Assembly (NCBI GenBank): GCA_003213495.1
Contig: QCMW01000001.1
Coordinates: 1,117,363-1,181,362, forward strand
From: SAR86 cluster bacterium AG-422-O05
GTDB taxonomy: Bacteria; Pseudomonadota; Gammaproteobacteria; Magnimaribacterales; D2472
Direction of reading: 5' to 3'
DNA length: 64,000 bases
Below the pieces are notes generated by a model that saw nothing but the letters and a program-made list of their open reading frames with translations, was not told where the DNA came from and searched no databases. Of the stretch, positions 1 through 9,664 are shown piece by piece (within the stretch, counting starts at the first letter, position 1; each line of letters begins with the position of its first letter). Position numbers and translations under genes: made by a program.

Positions 1-222
1 TGTATACCAGCCTCCTCCAGGAGAAAGCTCAACTACCGTCATGTTTGATTCAATTCCAAAAAAGGTAATAGTTTCATAAGGATTTCTATATTTATCTCTT
101 AATATGTTCTTTGGAGTTCTGTCATCGCTGTTAATTGCACCTTTGAGATCATGTGCGAAGCTATTAAATGATAACAAGGATAAAGAAGTGAGTATTGGTA
201 TAAGTAAATTTATTTTTTTCAT
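1..222 (-). CDS. Secreted predicted SAM-dependent methyltransferase (COG4798-like), partial; runs off the window start
   Basis: Manual translation MKKINLLIPILTSLSLLSFNSFAHDLKGAINSDDRTPKNILRDKYRNPYETITFFGIESNMTVVELSPGGGWYT: signal peptide, RD.YR.P.ETxxFFG and VVExxPGGGWYT motifs. Confidence 0.8.
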   Translation of the reverse strand, partial: MKKINLLIPILTSLSLLSFNSFAHDLKGAINSDDRTPKNILRDKYRNPYETITFFGIESNMTVVELSPGGGWYT

Positions 223-270
223 TTTATTATTTTAAAATATTTTTTAATAATTATCCTATAGTATTTTATC

Positions 271-299
271 TTGTCTAATAACTGCAGTTAACTTAAAAT
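271..299 (+). promoter_or_regulatory. sigma70-type promoter for a likely leaderless mRNA
   Basis: TTGTCT (271-276), 17 nt, TAAAAT (294-299), 6 nt before ATG 306; no SD. Confidence 0.55.
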
Positions 300-305
300 T
301 TTTTT

Positions 306-641
306 ATGGTTTCATATGATAGAGATTCAAATCCGTACCTAAAATTAAATTTTTGGGAATTTTTAGCTCTTTCAACAGTTATGTTACTTTTTTTTCCATG
401 GTCCATCCTTGTCTGTCTTGCACTCTATGGAATTGATGAGACCAAATTAATAGTCCTTGCTGTTATTGAGGATTTTGCAAAGACACTTTTAATGGTGATT
501 GCTGTGGTGGCAACTATAATTATAACAATCATAGTTTTAGTAGTTATGTGGTTTAAATCTCCAGACGATACAGTTGATACAAATACCAGATTTGGCTCTA
601 ATATTACCATGCATATAAATGAAGTTAATCAAAGCAGATAA
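306..641 (+). CDS. Small hypothetical membrane protein (2 TM)
   Basis: 111-aa ORF with two hydrophobic segments; overlaps next gene. Confidence 0.65.
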   Translation: MVSYDRDSNPYLKLNFWEFLALSTVMLLFFPWSILVCLALYGIDETKLIVLAVIEDFAKTLLMVIAVVATIIITIIVLVVMWFKSPDDTVDTNTRFGSNITMHINEVNQSR

Positions 642-1356
642 CTATCAAACTTGGTATATAGAAAACTTTGATAAATCCATAATAATAGATCCTTGGTTAA
701 CTAATAAGCTTCAACCCAAAGGATCTTTTTTTATTCAACGAAAAAAAGCTAATAATACTATTCTTACTGATGAGGAAATTAATAAAGTAAATGCAATAGT
801 AATTACAGCGCCTTTTGAAGATCATCTTCATTTTGATTCGATTAAAATGTTTTCTGAAAGCACCGCTATTTTTACCTCAAATATGGTAAAAAAAACTTTG
901 ATTCAAAATAAGATTAGAAATCCCATCAAGATTCTTGATGAATCTGAAACTGTAATTAACTCAATAAAGGTTAAAGCTTTGCCTACTAGCTACCCTTATT
1001 ATCATTCAACTTTTTCAATACTTTTTGAAGATGAAGATGGTAATAGTATTTTTCATGAGGGACATAGAGTAAATTTCAAATATTTGCAAAATAATAAAAT
1101 CAATGCTGATGTATCAATTCTAACTGCAGAAGAAAGTAAACTTTTTGGATTTATTCAATTAGGTATGAATTACAAGAATACGCTGAAAGCAATAGATATA
1201 CTTCGATCTAAAATATTATTTATCACAGGCAATGAACCAAACAAAACAGAAGGATTTATCAGTAAATTTCTATTTACCAAATCATTTAATCTAAAGCATT
1301 TATCTGAAAAAGTTGAAGTCTACTTAAACGAGGGTGATTCGTATAAATTTAAATAA
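619..1356 (+). CDS. MBL-fold metallo-hydrolase (divergent)
   Basis: IIIDPWL, degenerate metal motif TAPFEDHLH, SIFHEGH. Confidence 0.75.
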   Translation: MKLIKADNYQTWYIENFDKSIIIDPWLTNKLQPKGSFFIQRKKANNTILTDEEINKVNAIVITAPFEDHLHFDSIKMFSESTAIFTSNMVKKTLIQNKIRNPIKILDESETVINSIKVKALPTSYPYYHSTFSILFEDEDGNSIFHEGHRVNFKYLQNNKINADVSILTAEESKLFGFIQLGMNYKNTLKAIDILRSKILFITGNEPNKTEGFISKFLFTKSFNLKHLSEKVEVYLNEGDSYKFK

Positions 1357-2464
1357 CCTGAGCTAGTGATTGAAGACAATGATCAATATTTTCTTTTTTA
1401 GATGAGTGGCCCATCAATCCAATGCGCCATACTTTTCCAGCAAGCACACCTAAACCTGCCCCAATTTCTAGATTAAAATCATTTAAAAGCCTCTGTCTAG
1501 ATTCTAGATCGTTTACACCTTCAGGAATGTATATGGCATTAAGTTGGGGCAACCTATCCTCTTTATTAACAAGATAACTGATGTTAAGTTTCTCAAGGCC
1601 CTCTCTAAGTAATAAATGATTTTCCATATGCCTTTTCCATGAATTCTCGATTCCTTCTTCTTTTAAAATGATTAAGGCTTCATGCAGACCATATAAGGCG
1701 TTTATGGGTGCAGTATGGTGGTATGACCTACCTCCTTCACCTTCCCAATAAGACATGATTAAATTTAAATCTAAGAACCAACTTTTTACTTTAGATTTTC
1801 TATTCTTTATTTTTTCTTTAGCCCTTTCACTAAAACTAATTGGTGAAAGTCCAGGAGATGCAGATAAGCACTTTTGAGTACCTGAATAAATTGCATCAAT
1901 ATTCCAGTCATCTACTTTTAACGGAACGCCAGCTAATCCAGTAACTGTATCCACTATTGATAAACATCCGTGATCATGAGCAAGTTTTGTAATAGATTCT
2001 GGATCTGTTAAAGCGCCTGTTGATGTTTCAGCATGAACAGAAGCAACTATCTTTGCATCACTATGTTGTTTTAGTGCTTCTTGAATTTTATTTAGATCTA
2101 CCTTTGTGCCCCATTCGTCGTCAATAACAATAGGAACACCTCCAAATCTTTCAACATTTTCTTTCATGCGCTCACCAAAAAAACCATTTTTAGCAATAAT
2201 AACTTTGTCTTCAGTCTCAACAAGATTGGCAAAGCAACACTCCATACCTGCCATACCAGGTGCAGAAACTGCAAAAGTTAAATCATTCTTTGTTTGAAAT
2301 GCATACTGAAGTAATCCTTTGATCTCATCCATCATTGAAATAAAGGCTGGATCTAAATGGCCAATAGTCGGTCTTGCCATAGCATCAAGAATTCTTTGAC
2401 TAACATCTGATGGGCCTGGTCCCATAAGAACTCTTTCTGGTGGTATAAAAGATTTATCCTTCAT
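1349..2464 (-). CDS. Alanine--glyoxylate / serine--pyruvate aminotransferase (class V, PLP)
   Basis: LMGPGPS, VHAETSTG, SGTQKCL (PLP lysine), WRIGLMG. Confidence 0.92.
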   Translation of the reverse strand: MKDKSFIPPERVLMGPGPSDVSQRILDAMARPTIGHLDPAFISMMDEIKGLLQYAFQTKNDLTFAVSAPGMAGMECCFANLVETEDKVIIAKNGFFGERMKENVERFGGVPIVIDDEWGTKVDLNKIQEALKQHSDAKIVASVHAETSTGALTDPESITKLAHDHGCLSIVDTVTGLAGVPLKVDDWNIDAIYSGTQKCLSASPGLSPISFSERAKEKIKNRKSKVKSWFLDLNLIMSYWEGEGGRSYHHTAPINALYGLHEALIILKEEGIENSWKRHMENHLLLREGLEKLNISYLVNKEDRLPQLNAIYIPEGVNDLESRQRLLNDFNLEIGAGLGVLAGKVWRIGLMGHSSKKENIDHCLQSLAQVI

Positions 2465-2482
2465 TATGACATAAATTTTAGA

Positions 2483-4162
2483 TTAATACCCTGAAGCTTG
2501 TCCATCCTTTCTGCTATCAGACGCGCCATAGTAAACACCATCTTTTAACATGATTGCTTGATAGCCTCCAAAACCTCCTAAATCATATTGAAATTTATGG
2601 CCTAATTTTTTTAATTTATTTATTTCCTCTTCTGAGATGCCTTTCTCCAGGCTTAAATAACCTCCATCTATCATCTTTTCACCTGTGGGTTGAGATGAAC
2701 CAACATGTCTAATTCTTGGAGCATCTCCTGCTTCTTGAAGATTCATTTTAAAGTCAACAATATTGATAACTATCTGTGCATGTCCTTGAGGCTGCATAGC
2801 ACCACCCATCAATCCAAAACTTATATAAGGTTTATCGTCTTTAGTAATAAATGCAGGAATAATTGTATGAAAAGGCCTTTTACCGCCTTCTAAGGAATTT
2901 TTATGGCTTTTGTCTAGACTAAACATTTCACCTCTATCTTGAAGCATAAAACCAAAATTATCGGGAACCATGCCTGAACCCATTCCTCGGTAATTACTTT
3001 GAATTAATGAAACCATATTTCCATATTTATCTGATACAGTTAAGTAAATCGTATCGCCATCTTCCAAGTTACCTGGGTTAAAGCTTTTTGAAGCTTTTTT
3101 TAAATCTATTAAGCTCATCCTTGATTTTGCATATTCTTTCGAAATTAATTCACTCACAGGTACATTAGTAAAATTTTGATCAGCGTAATATTTAGCTCTG
3201 TCTTCATATACAACTTTTTTTGCCTCTGTGAATAAATGAATATATTCTGCACTTCCAAATCCTAGTGATTCAATATCATAATTTTCTAATATATTTAATA
3301 TCTGAAGAGCTGCTATTCCTTGTCCATTTGGAGGCAGTTCCCAAACCTCATAACCTCTATAAATTGTAGAAACTGGCTTAATCCATTCTGGCCTGTAATC
3401 TTTTAAATCGTCTAATGAAAAGTATCCGCCCTGCTCATTAATAAATCTTACAATTTCCTTAGCAATATCTCCCTCATAAAAATCTTTACCTGCAGTTTTC
3501 GCAATTTTTTTATATGCAGATGCTAGTTGAGGATTTTTAAAGATATCACCTTTTTTAGGAGTTTTTCCTGTTGGCATCCAGACCTCTTTAAAATTTGGAT
3601 AAGCATTAAATCTTTCAGCTGATAGCTCTAAGTAATAAGCAACAACTTCGGTAACAGGAAATCCATTTTCACTGTAATCAATAGCTTCTAAGAATAAATC
3701 TTCAAATGATAAGCTGCCAAACTTATTATGAAGTTCTGTCCAACCTGCAACAGCACCAGGAACTGTTACTGGTAAGGGACCATAAGGAGGAATTTGTTGC
3801 AAGTTTTTAGCTAAAAGTTTGTCAATTGAAATATTTTTTGGTGCCGGACCAGATGAATTTAAACCATATAATTTCTTATCATCTGCGCTCCAGACGATTG
3901 CAAAAAGATCTCCTCCAATACCGCACCCAGTTGGCTCCATTAATCCGAGAACAGCGTTTGCCGCAATTGCAGCATCAATTGCATTGCCTCCTCTTTGAAG
4001 CACTTCGATTGCAGTTTGAGTTGCTAATGGATGACTTGTTGCCGCCATACCGTTAGTTGAAATTATTTCTGATCTGCTAGCAAAATCAAAGCCAGTAATT
4101 CTGTCATAACTTAATAGTGATATTGATACAAATAAAATTGATAAATTAAAAAAGTATTTCAT
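2483..4162 (-). CDS. ggt: Gamma-glutamyltransferase (exported)
   Basis: Signal peptide, GGNAIDAAIA, PPNGQG, GDT catalytic Thr, KRPFHTIIP, GGAMQPQGH, SDSRKDG. Confidence 0.92.
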   Translation of the reverse strand: MKYFFNLSILFVSISLLSYDRITGFDFASRSEIISTNGMAATSHPLATQTAIEVLQRGGNAIDAAIAANAVLGLMEPTGCGIGGDLFAIVWSADDKKLYGLNSSGPAPKNISIDKLLAKNLQQIPPYGPLPVTVPGAVAGWTELHNKFGSLSFEDLFLEAIDYSENGFPVTEVVAYYLELSAERFNAYPNFKEVWMPTGKTPKKGDIFKNPQLASAYKKIAKTAGKDFYEGDIAKEIVRFINEQGGYFSLDDLKDYRPEWIKPVSTIYRGYEVWELPPNGQGIAALQILNILENYDIESLGFGSAEYIHLFTEAKKVVYEDRAKYYADQNFTNVPVSELISKEYAKSRMSLIDLKKASKSFNPGNLEDGDTIYLTVSDKYGNMVSLIQSNYRGMGSGMVPDNFGFMLQDRGEMFSLDKSHKNSLEGGKRPFHTIIPAFITKDDKPYISFGLMGGAMQPQGHAQIVINIVDFKMNLQEAGDAPRIRHVGSSQPTGEKMIDGGYLSLEKGISEEEINKLKKLGHKFQYDLGGFGGYQAIMLKDGVYYGASDSRKDGQASGY

Positions 4163-4204
4163 ATAAAATAAGATTCGGTTGTCTTCATAATATATACTTT
4201 AAAC

Positions 4205-4537
4205 ATGAATAAGTTAATACTTGCATTAATCTTAGTGCTACCTTTTTACATAAAAGCAGATTTTGATAATAAATGTTCTGTAATCATCACATTAAGATTT
4301 CAATCAAATGAAGATGCATATAAAGATGCAATTAATAAGATTAATCAATGTGAAAAGTATGATATTTTGTCTGTTACTAGTTTTTTAGAGGAATCCATAA
4401 GTAAAGTATATATCACAGACTTAATACAAAATTACTGCATGTTTAATCATCAAATCATTACTTTAATTGATGATAAGACTTCTAATTTAAGTTGCGTTCA
4501 CAGAGGCAAGCCAAGAGTTGATAGGCAACTCAAATAA
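4205..4537 (+). CDS. Small secreted hypothetical protein (4 Cys)
   Basis: Signal peptide MNKLILALILVLPFYIKA; TATACT 6 nt upstream of ATG. Confidence 0.65.
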   Translation: MNKLILALILVLPFYIKADFDNKCSVIITLRFQSNEDAYKDAINKINQCEKYDILSVTSFLEESISKVYITDLIQNYCMFNHQIITLIDDKTSNLSCVHRGKPRVDRQLK

Positions 4538-4927
4538 TTAACTAACGCAAAGATTTAATCCCATCATTACTAACACAACTATGGATGGCAGCCATACTAA
4601 TGGTCTTATCATTGGTATTGCGTACAAATTCACCGCAGCACCAACGAGATAAGCTATTCTTAGACCAAACCACACTTGAGCCAGTATTAAATTAACATCT
4701 CCTTTATCCATCACAACTGATAAAACTGCAAACGTTAAAAATAACGGTAATGATTGTCTTAAGTTATCACTTGCAGAAGCAAATCTGGCTGATAAATCAG
4801 TCATACCAGAGATATCACCACCAGTATAAGTCCAATTAACTAACGGTACCTTATGCAGTGAGAAACTCATTGTTAAAAAGAGATGCAAGACGTAGAACAT
4901 ACCTACACAAATTATTAAATTTTCCAT
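4538..4927 (-). CDS. MAPEG-family membrane protein
   Basis: 4 TM; R..AS.NL.QSLPLF and R.AY motifs; SD GAGGA upstream. Confidence 0.7.
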   Translation of the reverse strand: MENLIICVGMFYVLHLFLTMSFSLHKVPLVNWTYTGGDISGMTDLSARFASASDNLRQSLPLFLTFAVLSVVMDKGDVNLILAQVWFGLRIAYLVGAAVNLYAIPMIRPLVWLPSIVVLVMMGLNLCVS

Positions 4928-4950
4928 AATAAATCCTCTATATCGTTATA

Positions 4951-6906
4951 CTAATATTTTAAATTAATTTTTAATTCATCTAAATGACTTTCGTAATTTT
5001 TCCAATAATCCATTCCGCTTTTATAAATTGGTTGTCGAACCTGTTCTGCACTTGGTGTTTTTACTGATCGTTTTGATTTATAGAATTCAAGACAGGACTG
5101 TTCAAAAGGTATTTGACAATAATCAAGAATTTTTTTCACTGAATCTTCAAAGCTATTCACCACATCTTCATAATTAATAGATAGTATTTGGTTTGGAAGA
5201 ACTTTATTCCAATGATTCATAAGCTCAACATAATTATTATAATAACCGGCTAAATCTTTCAAATCGTAAGTAAATTCTTGGCCCTCAGCAAAAAGTTGTT
5301 TATAACAAGAAAAACACGCTGACATAGATGAACGCCTAATATCAATTATCTTTGCATTTGGTAGTATTAATTTTATAAGCCCAATGTGTCTAAAATTATT
5401 TGGCATCTTATCAATAAAATAAGGTTTATCAGATCTGAAAACTTCGCTATCTGAAATATATTTGTCTCCAATAAGTTTTAATTGAGGAGCAGACAGACTC
5501 AATAAGATATCAGGATAGCGTGAATCTATATCTTGAGTTTTTCTTTCGTTTAATCTTAGAGCAGTTGAAATAATATTTGGTAGCTCATGAGTTGGTTCAA
5601 CCATAGAATGTGAGGAAAGAATTTGCTCAATTAATGTAGATCCAACTCGCGGTAAGCCTAAAATAAATATTGGTGCTGAAGAATCTGAACCCCAATCAGA
5701 CTTCATTTGAAATAAATCTTCATTACATACATCCTTTTGATTTAAACAGTCTTGATGAAAGTCCTCTAAATTAAACAATGCTTTGCTTTTTTTAATTTCA
5801 TTTCCTTTTTTATAATTATCAAATGAATCATCAAAATTTTCTAAATCTTCATAGGCTTTGCCAAGTGCGAAATGCATGAATACTCTTTCATTTTCAGAAA
5901 TATATTTATCGTTAACCATTTCATTTAATGAAGCTACTTCTGCATCAGAAAACTTATAAGTTTTTAAATTAGCTAGACTCCAATAGGCATCTCCAAAGTA
6001 TTTATCGGTGTAATAAGCTTTTTTATAGGAACTAATAGATTTATTAAATTCTCCAGACGTTTTATATAAGTGCCCCATGGATAACATCACATCTGTATTT
6101 TTAGGTTCTAGATTTAATATATCGTTATATATTTTAATAGCTTCTTTGTACCTGTCTGTTCTGAACAAAGCAGTAGATAGCAACTTCATTGCATTAATAT
6201 TGGATTGGTTCTCATCATAAAAAAGTTGTGCATGTTTTAATGCTTCACCATATTTCTGTCTCTTTGTAAGAATATTTATGTAATCGTATTTAATTTTTGG
6301 ATTATCGGGATCAAATAATAATGCACTTTCTAGTAAAAACTCTGCATCTTCATATATGTTAAGATCACTTCCAATATTAGCTAATAGTCTCATCGCCTCT
6401 ATGTCATGAGGATGATCTCTTAAATATTCTCTGCAGATATGATCAGCTCTTACTAGCTTGCCTTCATGAGTATAGCTTAGTACGGTTTTTAATTCTGGAG
6501 GTAAATCTTTCAAATAAAATACATTTTTTTCTGCAAATTTAATAAGTTCTTCATTTGAATTTTCTAATGATAATATTCCTAGCCAAGATGATTGTAGTGA
6601 TGGATTATGCCTAACCGCTCTTAAATATGCTTTGAGTGCTCTATCCTTATTTTTTAATACAACATTATTGTGTCCAATTTCTTGATAAGCTCTTCCATAA
6701 TTAGGGTCAATTTGAATTAACTTGTCTAAACCTAATAAAGCTTCTTTAGTATCACTTAAGTATCTATGACATACAGATGTTAAATAAAAATATTCTTTAT
6801 TTGATATATTGCTTTTATATTTGTTACATAATTTTAAAGCACCATCAAAATCTCTATTCTGAATAGATAATTCAATTTCTTTAGATGGTTCCAGGTTTTG
6901 TTCCAT
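4951..6906 (-). CDS. TPR-repeat sulfotransferase family protein
   Basis: N-terminal TPRs; 5'-PAPS loop IFILGLPRVGSTLIEQILSSH, DKMPNNF, TPSAEQVRQPIY. Confidence 0.9.
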   Translation of the reverse strand: MEQNLEPSKEIELSIQNRDFDGALKLCNKYKSNISNKEYFYLTSVCHRYLSDTKEALLGLDKLIQIDPNYGRAYQEIGHNNVVLKNKDRALKAYLRAVRHNPSLQSSWLGILSLENSNEELIKFAEKNVFYLKDLPPELKTVLSYTHEGKLVRADHICREYLRDHPHDIEAMRLLANIGSDLNIYEDAEFLLESALLFDPDNPKIKYDYINILTKRQKYGEALKHAQLFYDENQSNINAMKLLSTALFRTDRYKEAIKIYNDILNLEPKNTDVMLSMGHLYKTSGEFNKSISSYKKAYYTDKYFGDAYWSLANLKTYKFSDAEVASLNEMVNDKYISENERVFMHFALGKAYEDLENFDDSFDNYKKGNEIKKSKALFNLEDFHQDCLNQKDVCNEDLFQMKSDWGSDSSAPIFILGLPRVGSTLIEQILSSHSMVEPTHELPNIISTALRLNERKTQDIDSRYPDILLSLSAPQLKLIGDKYISDSEVFRSDKPYFIDKMPNNFRHIGLIKLILPNAKIIDIRRSSMSACFSCYKQLFAEGQEFTYDLKDLAGYYNNYVELMNHWNKVLPNQILSINYEDVVNSFEDSVKKILDYCQIPFEQSCLEFYKSKRSVKTPSAEQVRQPIYKSGMDYWKNYESHLDELKINLKY

Positions 6907-6934
6907 AGGATAATTTTAATACACTTGCATAAAA

Positions 6935-6961
6935 AAAAGGCCAGTTTACAACTGGCCTTTT
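6935..6961 (-). terminator. Intrinsic terminator/stem-loop after TBDR1
   Basis: aaaaggccagtt-tac-aactggcctttt followed by a U-run on the minus strand. Confidence 0.8.
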
Positions 6962-6977
6962 AAATTTATATCTACGA

Positions 6978-9410
6978 TTAGAATTTATAAGATACTCTTA
7001 TACCAACATTTCTAGGTCTGTTAGTAGTAATTCTTGGAATATCATCCTGATCGTTATAGTAGAAGTTAGCTCTTTCATCAGTGATATTTCTAACAAAAAA
7101 TTCAACTTCTGTACCGTTAATATTTACACCATATGCTGCATCCCAAATTGTATAGGATGGTTGTTCAAGACGCTTAGCTGCCTCAAGTGAACTATATGCT
7201 TTATCAGCACTTTTCACAGCAACTTGTGTATATGCAGGATTACCTGCAAGCTCTGAATCAACTTTAACTCTAATGTTGTACTGGAGTTTTGGTGATAAAG
7301 GCATAGTACTTCCAACATTAGATATCTGAATAATTCTAGATTTATCCTCTGTCACTTCAGTATCATTATAGGAAACAGCACTAGCTACAGTTACGTTATC
7401 ACTTGGATACCATAAAATGTCAGCTTCCATACCTTTAATTTCTGCATCAGCAGCATTTTCAATAAATGTTAGTAGACCAACATTTACAGGATCAAACTGA
7501 GATACTTGAACGTCTGTCCAATCAACCCAGTAATACGAAGCATTCAATCTTAACGTTCCGTCTAACATGACAGTCTTAACACCTATTTCAGTATTAGTAG
7601 TATCATCAGTTCCATATGTAATTAACACTGATGGTAATGCTGAGTTTCTTGATGCTAAACCACCACCTCTATTGAAACCACCAGGTCTATAACCTTCTGA
7701 TCTTGTGAAGTACCACATGGTATCGTCATCAACAGTATATTTTGCAGACAGTTTTGTAATAGTATCATTCATATTTAATGGTTCAGTACTATGGTCACCA
7801 GACACATCATAGTCTCTTCCATTTGCAACGTTAGATCCTCTATATCCGAATTTAGATTGTCCTGTATAGTCAACATCTAAATCGTATTTTCTAGCACCAA
7901 CAATAACGTCTAGCTTATCTGATATTGGGAATGTTACCTCAGCAAAGTAAGCTGTTTGCTCTTCAGTTCTCTTAAGATCATTAAAGAATCTACATGCAGG
8001 TCTTCTTACACGACCTTCTCTGGACCAGGCTCCAGGTAAAGGATTATTTACTTGATAAGCAGCCCATGTACCTGCAGATGCAAATGGATGGTCAGTACCA
8101 AGATAACAATAATCATTTTCAGTTTCTAAAATACTTTCATCAATGAAAACACCAGCAGTATATGAGAATGGAAGATCACTTTCATCATTGCTTGAAACTC
8201 TAAATTCATGAGTTGTTCTTTGATTGTCATCAATCAGTTCAACTGAAACTGTAGCAGGTCCACAAAGTGTATATGCTGTATAGTTACATACATAATATGG
8301 TAACCATGCACCTACGTTTGCATAACCACTGTAGTCAACTTGCTGCTCTGATTCTCTCTCTAAGTATGCTCCAGTATATAAAGCATCTAATTTACCCATT
8401 CTTCCCTCTAAGGTTAAAGAAGTTTGTGAGAATGAGTCATCTAAAGTATCAGGAACAAATCTACTTACATTTAAATCGCCTTTAGCAGGGTCATAATCAA
8501 AAACACCATCAGCACTAATATCTTGGCTCATGTGAGTAATTAACATATCCCAATCATCACCAATTGATGATGCTGAAGAAATTCTAAAACCTTCATATGT
8601 TGCATCATTGAAGTTATCTTCTACAAGTGTTGAGTTATCTGAAACAACATGTGCTTGTGTTTGTGGATAGGAAGCAAAAGTTCCTCTACCTTCACCAGAC
8701 CACGTTCCGGCTACATTGTCGATATAACCGCCTTGCTCTGATTTATAGAAAACACCTCTAATTGACCAAACATCATTTATTAAAGGAATATTCATGTATG
8801 CGTCATATGAATAACTTGGATCACCGTGGGCAGTTGCATAATGAGACATATTAAAGCCACCTTCTTGAACATTGAATTTTGGCTTATTTGTAATCATTCT
8901 AACGGTACCTGCTTGTGAGCTTGCACCATACAGAGTTCCTTGTGGCCCAGGCAATACCTCAATCCGTTCCATATCAGCAACATATACATCAAGGTTTCTT
9001 CCTGGAACTTGTAAAGGTTGTTCATCTAAATATAAAGCTACGTTAGGTGTGGAACCCTGTGCAGCAGATAAGAAAACGTTTACCGGATCAACAGCCATAC
9101 CTCTTATATAAATTGTTGATTGACCAGGTCCTCTTCCGCCTGATGAAACATTTGGTAAAAATTGAACGTATTCATCAAAATTAGAAACGTTCATTTCTTT
9201 TAATGTTTCTTCTGTTAAAGCAGTAACTGTTACAGCCACTTTTGAAGCACTTTCATCCTTCTTGGTAGCAGAAACAACAACTTCTTCAATTTGTCTTTCT
9301 TGTGATTCAGCAGTTTGTGGAATCATTGCAGCAACAACTCCTAAAACCCCTAAAGAAAGCTTATTTTTAATTTTATTTAATTGTTCTTTTGTATTAATTA
9401 AATTAAACAT
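6978..9410 (-). CDS. TonB-dependent receptor (TBDR1)
   Basis: TonB box IEEVVVSA, plug GPQGTLYGASSQAG, C-terminal ...VSYKF; start set at ATG 9410 because of SD GAGGA. Confidence 0.93.
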   Translation of the reverse strand: MFNLINTKEQLNKIKNKLSLGVLGVVAAMIPQTAESQERQIEEVVVSATKKDESASKVAVTVTALTEETLKEMNVSNFDEYVQFLPNVSSGGRGPGQSTIYIRGMAVDPVNVFLSAAQGSTPNVALYLDEQPLQVPGRNLDVYVADMERIEVLPGPQGTLYGASSQAGTVRMITNKPKFNVQEGGFNMSHYATAHGDPSYSYDAYMNIPLINDVWSIRGVFYKSEQGGYIDNVAGTWSGEGRGTFASYPQTQAHVVSDNSTLVEDNFNDATYEGFRISSASSIGDDWDMLITHMSQDISADGVFDYDPAKGDLNVSRFVPDTLDDSFSQTSLTLEGRMGKLDALYTGAYLERESEQQVDYSGYANVGAWLPYYVCNYTAYTLCGPATVSVELIDDNQRTTHEFRVSSNDESDLPFSYTAGVFIDESILETENDYCYLGTDHPFASAGTWAAYQVNNPLPGAWSREGRVRRPACRFFNDLKRTEEQTAYFAEVTFPISDKLDVIVGARKYDLDVDYTGQSKFGYRGSNVANGRDYDVSGDHSTEPLNMNDTITKLSAKYTVDDDTMWYFTRSEGYRPGGFNRGGGLASRNSALPSVLITYGTDDTTNTEIGVKTVMLDGTLRLNASYYWVDWTDVQVSQFDPVNVGLLTFIENAADAEIKGMEADILWYPSDNVTVASAVSYNDTEVTEDKSRIIQISNVGSTMPLSPKLQYNIRVKVDSELAGNPAYTQVAVKSADKAYSSLEAAKRLEQPSYTIWDAAYGVNINGTEVEFFVRNITDERANFYYNDQDDIPRITTNRPRNVGIRVSYKF

Positions 9411-9482
9411 ATGAATCCTCATAGTTAGTTAATATAAATTGCAAATAAACTAGCCTGGTGACCCCAGAAGATTCCCCCCCAG

Positions 9483-9530
9483 AGAAGTTTAGCCATATTT
9501 ATAGACCAGCAATTTCTGTAAATCGGTCTT
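9483..9530 (-). ncRNA. SAM-II (SAM-alpha) riboswitch aptamer
   Basis: Minus strand AAGACC-GAUUU-ACAGAAA-UUGC-UGGUCU-AUAAAUAUG-GCUAAA-CUUCU: P1 AGACC/GGUCU, GAUUU loop, UUGC/GC(U)AA pseudoknot, A-rich L3, P2a AGAA/UUCU. Confidence 0.82.
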
Positions 9531-9537
9531 GATGACA

Positions 9538-9565
9538 ATCATAACATCTTAAAATAATGATGCAA
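9538..9565 (-). promoter_or_regulatory. sigma70 promoter for the riboswitch-TBDR1 transcript
   Basis: TTGCAT, 16 nt, extended -10 TG-T-TATGAT; predicted +1 near 9531, directly at P1 of the aptamer. Confidence 0.6.
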
Positions 9566-9664
9566 TATAGATATAAAAATTGCATATAAGTAAAGATAAA
9601 CAATTTATATAACTAGAAAATTTGTACTATTTATGTTTCACTAGATTTTAAATTACGCAGTTTA

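Noticed and set aside
9421-9482. Second tandem SAM-V aptamer or a CTG-initiated leader peptide after the G7 run
   Set aside because: SAM-V core motifs are not recognisable; the 5-codon CTG ORF has no support
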